A stretch of 64,000 nt of DNA, taken from Octopus sinensis (Eukaryota). The translations under genes were made by a program, and so were the position numbers. Of this stretch, positions 53,571-64,000 are shown in pieces. The DNA is taken from positions 24,304,001 through 24,368,000 of the forward strand of contig NC_043009.1 in the NCBI RefSeq assembly GCF_006345805.1, written 5' to 3'. Within the stretch, counting starts at the first letter, position 1. Every line of letters starts with the position of its first letter. The notes below the pieces were generated by a model. The model did no database searches. It saw only the letters and a program-made list of their open reading frames with translations, and had not been told where the DNA came from.

Positions 53571-55451
53571 TCAAAAGTTAGGAAAAAAAAAAAGGAGAAA
53601 AAAGGCTCTACTTACTGTTGTTGGTGGTGGGGGTGGCTCCCTTGTGCTTTTGCACGGGTGCTTCAATAATATTTTGTAAAGTTTCTGAGAGAAACTTTTC
53701 CCTAACGATCCCACATCGTTAGGGAATATTTGTTTTATTTCGTTGTAAACTGTTTTGTTTATTTTTATTGTGAGAATGTGTGCTGGTGGTGTGTTGTGTG
53801 TAGGTATTATGAAATCTGTAATGTTTGTGCTTGTTTTGTTTTTCAAATACTCAACCAGTTCCTGGTTTCTTGTATTCACTGCTGTAATCGTGTCTGTAAT
53901 TGTGTCTGTGTTTTTGTGTCTGTGGTAGTGGCAGTAGTGGTGTCGAAAGTGTTGTTGTTGTTGTTGTTGTTGTGAGTGTGTGTTGTTGTTGATGTTGTTG
54001 TTGATGTGGGAAGTACTGTTTGTTCGTGCTTCCCCTGTAAATCTTTGTTTTTTCCTCCTTTTCTTTTTGGAGGTACTATGTTCCATTCTCCTTGTTGGAA
54101 TCAGAGCTCGCACAATCCGAGATCTCTTCATCCGGCAAAGGAATGGTTGAGGGGTCTGCTTCAGTAGCAGGACGAAAAGTTTTTGTTTCCGCCGGTATCG
54201 GTGGTGCCGCTGCTCCTGTTACTGTTGATGTCGCTGCTGTCGACCTTCGAGGTACTGGTGTCGGTGTTGGTTGCTGGTGGTTGTCGGTGTTGGTTTGGTG
54301 GTGGTTGTTGTTGTTGGAGGTGGTGTTGTTCGTCTTGGTGCTGGTGTTGGTGATGGTGTGGTGGTGTGGCAGCCTTTGCTGTTTCTTGCTGTTTTGTTGT
54401 TGGTTCTGTTGTTGTTGTTGTTGTTGTTGTTGTTGTGCTGCCTCTTGCTGAAAGCCTCCATCCTCTTTTTGTGAATGGGACAGTCCCTCTTTAAGTGGCT
54501 TTCGCTGCTGCAGAGAAAACATTTTGGCTTTCGCCCCTCCACAGCAACGTTTAGCCTGGTGCCGTCCGGCAAACTTACGAAATCAGGGACTTTACTTATA
54601 TTCTCTTGCTGAATTTGCGCAAGAAGCAGCACTCCCATCCCCAACCAGTTTTTCGCCCTCACTCTCCTGACATCTAGAATGGTGGTAGTGTCCTCTATAT
54701 CATAGAGGACAGCTGCCACCAGCCATGACATATTTAGCTCAGGGGGGACGAGGTCGATTTTTATTTTTGTCACTCTTCGCCCGAGGTGGGTTGGAATTAG
54801 TAACAAATTCTCAGTTTGCAAGGGCGAAATGGCGTTCGCCCTTGCCAGCTCCTCTGTTGGGAAGCGAACCTCCACGGTTCCAAAACGCTTCCCCTTGGTT
54901 ACGTAGCTCTTTTGGGCCCAAATGGGCTTTAGAGCTATCTCCAACTGTTGGGGTGTGGCATTTGTTATTCTTTTAGTTTTCTGTCGAAAACTTTGTAAAT
55001 TATTGTTTGCTTGTTGGTGCTTTCAATCACCTCTTGTGGAGTATTGAGGAAGATACCATTGCCATCCTTCCTTAAAAATCCTTCGCTCTTTTCACATCTT
55101 CTAGAGTTATCTTAACTTCCTCCGAAATTTGCTTCGCAGCAGAAGCAAAATTGTTGGAAGTTTTTTCTTTTATCTCCGTGTCAATGTTTGTGATGATTTT
55201 TGTATTTGTTTTTTTTCCTCCTCCTTCCGTACAAAGCATTAGGTGAAGGCAGAGGGGAAAATCGAGAATTACGTCGAACGCGACGTCCTGGCTTGCATTC
55301 TCCTTTTGAACCGAGCTCGTGCTTGCGGTTCGGAAGGAGAATCTTTGTTGCCTTTTAAGGCGTGAAGTGGGTGTTTTGTACGAGTTGTGTGTGTTTGCGG
55401 AGGGAGTGTATCTTGAAGGAAGGAACAGCCAACTGTTCGCTTCATAGCCAT
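53571..55451 (-). pseudogene. LINE ORF1 (gag-like, CCHC knuckle, poly-Q linker), frameshifted; start approximate
   Basis: VEGRKPKCFLCSSESHLKRDCP in ORF 54219-54944; frames continue to 53571, just before the ORF2 ATG. Confidence 0.8.
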
Positions 55452-55711
55452 GTTTTTTTTTGTTGTAATATTCAAAATGTTGAAAAATGTCAAATGTTCA
55501 AAATTTTCAAACGTAATTTCACCCCGAATGGGGCAAAATTTCGCCCAACGACGAGCTCCGCAAGAAGCCGGTCGGTTTGGCTACAAAAATATTTAAAAAT
55601 ATTCAAACCTAACAATAGATTTCCAATGAAATTGTGTCAAATTCACGGAGCTGATTCACGTACGTCCATCGGCGTCGGAAGGAATAATAATAATAAATAA
55701 TAATAATAATA

Positions 55712-55742
<31 letters not shown>

Positions 55743-55839
55743 GTATAATAATTAATTAATAATAGTAATAATAGTAATAATAATAATAAAATAATAATAA
55801 TAATAATAATAATATAATAATAATTTTTTTTTCTTTTTT

Positions 55840-56038
55840 TTCTTTTACTTGTTTCAGTCATTTTGACTGCGGCCATGCTGGAGCACCGCCTTTTAGTCGA
55901 GCAACTCGACCCGGGACTCATTTTTTTGTAAGCCCAGTACTTATTCTATCGGTCTCTTTTTGCCGAACCGCTAAGTGACGGGGACGTAAACACACCAGCA
56001 TCGGTTGTAAGCAAGAGGGGAAGAAACACGACACACAA

Positions 56039-56086
<48 letters not shown>

Positions 56087-56246
56087 GACAGGCTTCTTCA
56101 GTTTCCGCTACCAAATCCACTCACAAGGCATTGGTCGGCCCGGGGCTATAGCAGGAGACACTTGCCCAAGATGCCACGCAGTGGGACTGAACCCGCAACC
56201 GTGTGGTTGGTTAGCAAGCTACTTACCACACAGCCACTCCTGCGCC
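55840..56246 (-). mobile_element. Full-length CORE-type SINE (family of 42987 copy)
   Basis: High-identity reverse complement of 42987-43400. Confidence 0.9.
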
Positions 56247-56338
56247 TATAAAAAATAATATAATAATAATAATAGTAATAATAATAATAATAATCATAAT
56301 AATAATAATGGTAATAATAATAATAATAATAGTAATTA

Positions 56339-56376
<38 letters not shown>

Positions 56377-56384
56377 AATAATAT

Positions 56385-56420
<36 letters not shown>

Positions 56421-56466
56421 GTAATAATAATAATAAAATAATATAATAATAATAATAATAATAATA

Positions 56467-56562
<96 letters not shown>

Positions 56563-56565
<3 letters not shown>

Positions 56566-56731
56566 ATCATACAGAAAATTGCACTACTAGGCACTGCACA
56601 CATCCTACGCAGAGCACTTTCCATACAATAACCATCAGAGCATCACAACAAATCACAGCACATACCCAAGGCACACAGAGCTGCGCTCGGTAGTGAAGTG
56701 AAAGCACGCTATAAAAATAAAACTACTGAAT
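56563..56731 (+). mobile_element. R4/Dong extreme 3' fragment in (TAA)n
   Basis: IQKIALLGTAHILRRALSIQ* resembles VQKIVLMGNAHILRKILSM* of the 49.8 kb copy; 3'UTR differs. Confidence 0.8.
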
Positions 56732-56732
56732 A

Positions 56733-56763
<31 letters not shown>

Positions 56764-56790
56764 TAGTAGTAGTAGTAGTAGTAATAATAA

Positions 56791-56866
<76 letters not shown>

Positions 56867-56880
56867 GTAATAATATAAAA

Positions 56881-56926
<46 letters not shown>

Positions 56927-56940
56927 TAATAATAATAATA

Positions 56941-56978
<38 letters not shown>

Positions 56979-57010
56979 TAATAATAATAATAATAATAAT
57001 ATAATAATAA

Positions 57011-57565
57011 TTGCCCTGATGCAGTACCAGGCAGTGGCTCTCATGGCCTCTGATTTTAACTGACTGGAAGTGTTATCATGTAAATTGTTTTGTCTTGGTA
57101 TAAAAGATGGGCCTCAGCAAATATTCTGCTCAATACCACAGATTTGCTTTTTAGTTGTTTGACCTTAACCAGTTGAGCATGTCCCTTAGGGGCTGACGAT
57201 ATGTGTATCTCTGATCACGAGCAGAAGTAGTGGGGAGCATCATAGCCATGTGTTGAGAGGGATTCTTGGAGGTTTGAATAATCACCTCTGGAAACATGGG
57301 TGGTTCTTTCAACATCCTTAAACAACCCTTATTCAGGGACCTTTTGAGCGGGATGGGCTACTCAACCTGAAGAAAATTCTAACTGGGCCCCACCTGCAAG
57401 GTCATGTGCTGTTTATCTTGATATGAGATCACCATGTCGCGCACATATGGTTGTGATGCATGTGCCTGGTGTACCTTTATGAGACGGGTAGTCATGATGG
57501 GTATAGTGGGCTTCGTATATTTTACCCCAGTGTCACTTTGATGGCATGCACTGCTCTCTCACTCA
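57011..57565. mobile_element. Unclassified ~555-bp non-coding insertion in (TAA)n
   Basis: Sharp boundaries, balanced GC, TAA repeats on both sides, no long ORF. Confidence 0.5.
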
Positions 57566-58996
57566 ATAATAATAATAATAATAATATTAATAATTGATTA
57601 GTGTTTATGTAGTCATGAGCATAGACGTGTTTATATGTTCCAGTATATATGTATATTTATATGTATATGACGAATGGTATATTAACTTGGACCTATTGTT
57701 TAATTGTGTTTATGTATTTTTATACATGTAAAAGTATATACACTCTGCTTATGTATGTATATGTGTATATATGTATAAATCTATAAAGATATTTGTCCAT
57801 ATTTTCATATATATATTAAATTATACGTGTATCCTGTTTCATGTATTAATATTTTTAAAGTTCTTTATAATCTCTGCCGAGGCCTATAGTTATATATATA
57901 AGTACCCTATTTTTAAATGCTTACAACCTCAATAAAATTGACAACTATAGGCAATAAAAATTAAAATAACTACTTTTAACCATAGGCTGAAACAGCTATA
58001 AGGAGTGATTTTAATGATTTCAATAATTAATATTATGATTTTATAATTTCTATTCTTATCTTATATGTATTGAATTATAAGATATATATGTATGCTATTA
58101 ATATTCTCATGTTGTTAAATGAATAAATAATTCAACATTCTAATATCTGAAAGTTGATGAACCAACTAAATTGTTTCTCCATTTTCTTATTTGTAGTATA
58201 AATTAATGGTAAAATATTTCTTTATCTTCACGCGATTAATACAATAAATAAGTTAATTGTATTGCAATTAAAAACATCTATGTATTAAGAATTTGGGTAC
58301 TTTACCAACAATATATTGGATAAATACTGTACCTTAGTGGGTTGCACCCATAACGCCTAACTTACTTTGTGTTATATATATACATATACATATATATATG
58401 TATGTGTGTGTGTATGTGTGCATGTATGTATGTATCATTCAACTACGCTCAGTTTACTCACTAAATTAAAAATTGTTGACATTTTTGAAGATGACTCATC
58501 CATAGCAAAATTTTGGTATAAACAAAAATTAATATTTCGTTCGGTAGAAAAAAATTGCATCAAAATTTGTACCAACGTTATAGGAGAGTAAGTAACGCCC
58601 CCAATCAAGTCTAGTTTTAAACAATTTTTTTATTGTAAAAGTAAAATACATTTATCTGAGCTTCAATGATACAAGAAAGCATGATGAATTTCATAATTTT
58701 TGTCCCATGCAACAAAAATTTGTGTTAAAAAAGTTGTGAGGTAAGATATAATGAAAAATATATGGTAAAAAAATGGATGAAATTATAATTAACTTTTTTA
58801 TTCTTAAAACAAACTATGTTTTAATTAAACTCAAATGATAGAGCTCAATTCGAGGAATTTTGTGTTATCAGTTCCATGCAATTAAGTTTTATAAAGAAAA
58901 ATATAATGAGTGTTTCTTTCTCAAATTTCAGAAAGAAACATATATATATATTATATAGATATATAGATATATATATATATAGATATAGATATTGAT

Positions 58997-59048
<52 letters not shown>

Positions 59049-59049
59049 T

Positions 59050-59084
<35 letters not shown>

Positions 59085-59104
59085 TATATATCATGCATAT
59101 ATAT

Positions 59105-59139
<35 letters not shown>

Positions 59140-59141
59140 CT

Positions 59142-59175
<34 letters not shown>

Positions 59176-59807
59176 CTTTTATTTTTTACTTATTTCAATC
59201 ATATACAGCGATCATTCTGGAGCACCGCTTGTGAAGCGGCCATGGTGAACAAGTACAGACAGAAAAGCACACACTTAAATATACACATGTACGACCGATC
59301 ACTTTCACTTTCCGTCTACCAAATCCGCTCTCAAGGCGCCGGTCAGTCCGAGGCTATAGTTCAACACGCCGACGTTTCTATGCAGGGGGACTCAACCTGG
59401 AACAATGTGATTGGAAAGATAACTTCTTACCACATATCCACGACTGCATATATGTATACTTAGATATATATATATATATACATAATTATATTTATATATA
59501 TATATATAATATAATATATATATATATATATATAATATCAGGGTAATAAAGATTTTAGAAATGTTTACCACCAGTGGCCTAGCGAATAGAAAAATTAGTC
59601 AATAGACTATATGCATATTATTCATATAAAATACACTATACATTTAAACTTCGCCTAGCAAATTATTTTACTTGCTAAATAAAGTCTGAAACCATGGTCC
59701 AGGAAATAGATGGTAAAAGTTTTATTTTTCATTTCCTTCGAAATTTTATCCCTAATTATTGGTTTGGACTTTAGCTGTTCCTTCTAGTGCACGGGGGTCC
59801 TATGATG

Positions 59808-60013
59808 CAGAAACGTTAGCACGCCGGGCGAAATGCGTAGCCGTATTTCCTCTGCCGTTAAGTTCTGAGTTGAAATACCGCTGAGGTCGACTTTGCCTTT
59901 CATCCTTTCGGGGTCGATAAATTAAGTACTAGTTCACTGGGGTCGATGTAATCGACTTAATCCCTTTGTCTGTCCTTGTTTATCCCCTCTGTGTTTAGCC
60001 CCTTGTGGGTAGT

Positions 60014-60016
<3 letters not shown>
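59808..60016 (+). mobile_element. Nin-type SINE with Tx1-like tail
   Basis: GCCTTTCATCCTTTCGGGGTCGATAAATTAAGTAC; tail CCCCTCTGTGTTTAGCCCCTTGTGGG. Confidence 0.88.
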
Positions 60017-60053
<37 letters not shown>

Positions 60054-60781
60054 CTTAGACAAGCATACACATATACATATGTGCACATATTAAGATTACT
60101 TTCGACATCAATTTAAAAACAAACGTCCTCACCCCATATATTTTTATTCGTGTTTCATAAATTCTTTTTTTCCGTCCATGGCAAACCAACACCACGTGAT
60201 ATTGATCTGTAACATGAATAGCAACCATCCCGCCATTTTCTGTAATTGTTATGCCACAATTTGATGTTTCTTCTAATATATTGTATTACAATTTGACTAA
60301 TGAAGCATTAATCTATCGGCGTTTTCGGTATTAGTTTACTTAATTAACTTTTGCAAAGTTTTAAATTATTATGCATATTTATGTTCGTATTTTAAGTCTC
60401 TGACACATAGTCTGTTCTTTCTCTACTCTCACGGCTTTACACCGTCTCCTTTTCATGTGTATTTCTACATATGTGTGCATCAACACATACGCATATATAT
60501 ATATATATATAGTGTGTGTGTGTGTGTGTGTGTATGTGTGTGTGTGCATGCGTGTGTGTGTTTGCTGGAACACTAACACAATCACACACATGTGTATATA
60601 TATATGTATATTTACAGTTATATATACGTATGTATATATGAGTGCGTCTGTATGTATGAGTGTGTGTGCTTGTATATATGAGTTTGTGTATGCATTTATG
60701 TATGTATACATATATATATATGTATTTATGTTTGTATTATGTATATACACTTACATTCATATATATATATATGTGTGTGTA

Positions 60782-61060
60782 TATAATGTATATATATGAG
60801 TGTGTGTGTGTATGTATTTGTAGGAATATATTATAGCATATTTCTTACATAAACGCATTTCGTTGTGTGTGTATATGGGTATCTCTTTGTGTGTGCGTGT
60901 TTGTATATATGAATACATGATTGTATACATACAAACACGCACACACAAAGAGATACACATATACACACAGAACGAAATGTGTTTATTTAAGAAATATAAT
61001 ACTATAATATATTTCCACAAATGCATACACACACACACACTCATATATATACATTATATA
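60782..61060. repeat. ~280-bp palindrome centred near 60918
   Basis: GTATCTCTTTGTGTGTGCGTGTTTGTAT / ATACAAACACGCACACACAAAGAGATAC, with complementary outer arms. Confidence 0.85.
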
Positions 61061-61679
61061 TATATATATATATTTGACTGTAAGTATATATACATACATA
61101 CATACATAAAGACATATATATAAATATACATATACGTACATATACACACACATATATGCATGTATGTAACACGCACACACACAATCACACATACATATAT
61201 ATATATGTATACATACATAAATGCATATATATGCATATATAAGTATATATATACATGTATATGCATATACAAATAGATATATATGCACACATGCTCACAT
61301 ATACTCACACACACACATGTGTATACATAAATACATGCATACACACATGGATGCATACATACATACACATACGTACACATATACATGTTCTGTATTTTTA
61401 GCGAAGTTTTGCATATTACCTCGTCATTGTAGTTATTATTATTATCATTTTTATTATTGCTATCATTACTATTAATATTTTCCATTCTAATTTTGTTAGC
61501 ATTATCATATTTCCCTGTCTTCAATATACTGTAACTCGTTTATCACTGTCTGCATGTATTAGTGAATATTTCATGACTGTTACAGTAACAAGTGAAAGCT
61601 CGTTTTCATTTGTATTATTTGTGTTCGTTTGGTAATAATTTTCTTGTGTGGGAAATGTCTCGTTGACGTTGTTCAGTAG

Positions 61680-62680
61680 AGATGATAACGACAACGATAG
61701 CAACGACGGAGATTTGAGACGATGACGATGACAACGACGACGATGATGATGATGATGAAGACGATGATGATTATGAGGAGGAGGATGATGATGATGACGA
61801 TGATTATGACGACGATGATGATGATGATAATGGTGATGATGATGATGATGATGATGATGAAGATGAAGTTGATGATGAAGATCACGATGATGATAATGAT
61901 GGATAAGGGTTGCGATGATTACGGTGATGGCGAGGGTTGAAGCGATGATGTTGATGATGATCATCATGATGATAATGATGAGGATGATGATGATGATGAA
62001 GACGATGATGATGTTGATAACGATGATGATAATGGTGAGGATGATGATGATGATAATGATGACGATGATCATGTTGATAACGAAGACAGTGATAATGATC
62101 ATGGTTTTGGTGGTTGTGGTGATGGCGGCGGCGGCGGCGGCGGTGGCGGTGGTGGAGATAGGAGTAGGAAGATGGGGATGATGACGATGTTGCTGCTGCT
62201 GATGATGTTGAGGATGTTGATGATGACGATGACGACGGTAAGGATTATGATGATGATGATTATGACGACGACTTCGACGCCAATGATGATAGTGGTGGCG
62301 GTGGTGGTGCTGCCGATTTTGTTCTTGTTGTCGTCGTCGTCGTTGTTGTTGTTGTTGTTGGTGGTGGTGTTGTTGTTCTTGCTGTTGTTGTTGGCGGCGG
62401 CGGCGGTGGTGGTGGTGTTGCTGGTGCTGGTGGATGTGGTGTTGGTTGCAGTCGTAGTGTTTCTTGCCATGACGGTGGTATGTTGGTGGTGATGCGAGTG
62501 ACGATGTTATTGTAGCTATTGTTGATGTCTTTGCTGTTCTTGATGATGATGTTGATGACGACGACGATAACGATGAAGAAGTTCTTGACGATGACTATGA
62601 TGGTGAGAATGATGAGGATAATGATGACGACAAGAACGCAGCCGCCGCCGACGACGATGACAAGGATCATGATGAAGAAT
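61680..62680. repeat. Compound (GAT/GAC/GGT/GTT) cryptic trinucleotide tract
   Basis: Direct reading. Confidence 0.9.
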
Positions 62681-64000
62681 TAATGGACGGGGATTAAAAT
62701 CTTAGGGTACTTAAAATGAGTCCAGACAATTATGTTGGCATTGTTCGACTAGTGACCAGTTTTATCTAAACGTCTAGGATTAGTCTAATGAATATTAATT
62801 CATATTGCAATAATATAACAATTATTCTTTAACTTTTGCTAAAATGGGGAAAAACAGGTGTGACGAACTTCGAGAAAACTGGAGACAAATATTGACAAGG
62901 TTTTTGAAATTTTCTGCTAAAAATGGTCCCATCAATTAGGAATAATGAAAGGACTGCTGTGAATCAATGTGGTAAAAATTACACCCCCCCCTACTGGATT
63001 GAGGCACTGGCATCAAGGGGTTTTACGGACTGCATGCCTGACCCGAGCACCCGGAAAAGAAGCTCTGCAGAAATGACGTTTGGTTTGTTCTACATTTCTC
63101 ACTCAACGTCAAGACTTGTGTGGGAACGATTTTCCTTAGATTGATAGACAAAAATTTCCCACAAACACACACACACACATTACTACAGACATTTACTTAA
63201 AAGACACAACCTAAGAGTCTCCTTTAGCTGTGCACCTAACATAAAAAGAAAACATTTTAACAAGTACCCTCATCTATGAGGCTACGGTGATACCTAGACA
63301 TGCTATCTGCAATGACAGTATTGTACCATCCAACAATAGATTAACCAGTCCTTATGCCAATACAGTTGCCACGCCCAGAGATAATAAACAGTCCAGGACC
63401 AGAGTCACATAGAGCATCACCGAAGACCCCGGTACCACCGCCACAGATATTGAACATTTCATTGATACAGATAGAGTGACGTGGCCCGGAACGTATGTTA
63501 CCACCAGTACAATTGTCGCGCCTAGAAATGACCAATCCAGGACCAACGACATGGAGGAGGGATCCACTATTCCCAGTACAAACACCACGGGTGATGACCA
63601 AGTACCTACCTTCGACACCGCAGGAATGACCGGCTCCGCACCATATGCTAACAGGAGTGCGATTAGGGCCACATCCCACGTTTGTGGATAGATTGGATCT
63701 GCGAGTACTTCCTTCAAACGACGTCTTCTTAACCACCAGTATTCCTCCACAGTCCCAGAAAGATCGAGGTACCCCACGTGTTATCAGGTGGAAATTAATT
63801 GATCATCCACGCTCATATATTAATGGAAGTGGTCGTTCCAAGAACTGCATCACGGAGAGAGCCTACACGAAACCACACGCGTCAAATAGTCGGAAAGAAG
63901 TACTTTCTAAATGTGGCCACTAAATGTGGCGCTACTTAATAGAAAATTGGACCTCCCCGTTTGCTAGTTAGGACACTTTGGGTCTATAAGAGTTGGGGTT

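Larger units (their letters stand above)
50918..55683 (-). mobile_element. Tx1/L1-clade LINE, 5'-complete and 3'-truncated, between (TAA)n tracts
   Basis: 5'UTR, ORF1 with zinc knuckle, ORF2 with APE and RT; breaks at DGEQVWSSFV. Confidence 0.93.

Noticed and set aside
53600-53613. 13-nt AAAGGCTCTACTT shared in opposite sense between the inter-ORF region and the other copy's 3'UTR (~11520)
   Set aside because: Short enough to arise by chance, and the two copies are different subfamilies.

Overview
Eukaryotic, AT-rich window, roughly 40-50% microsatellite. The dense (TA)n/(TATG)n/(TATC)n/(TAA)n arrays and the tRNA-derived CORE- and Nin-type SINEs suggest an octopus (inference). Almost all ORFs in the supplied track are microsatellite artefacts. 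Supported content: a CR1-group LINE RT fragment (1-795); two Tx1/L1-clade LINE copies, one a 5'-truncated 3' half (10.2-11.6 kb) and one a 3'-truncated 5' part with ORF1, APE and RT (50.9-55.7 kb); two R4/Dong fragments in (TAA)n; many SINEs; pogo-like and 9-bp-TSD MITEs; a non-autonomous Helitron; a 100-N gap followed by a ~555-bp tandem array. The most interesting signal is a set of minus-strand, splice-site-bounded exons at ~3.0, ~13.4, ~18.3 and ~23.9 kb whose translations align with each other by eye. They point to an unrecognised repeated-domain protein or tandem gene family, possibly secreted, masked by single-base indels. A SINE tail matching the Tx1 LINE 3' end and mix-and-match SINE modules are also notable. 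All alignments are manual; no database searches were run.
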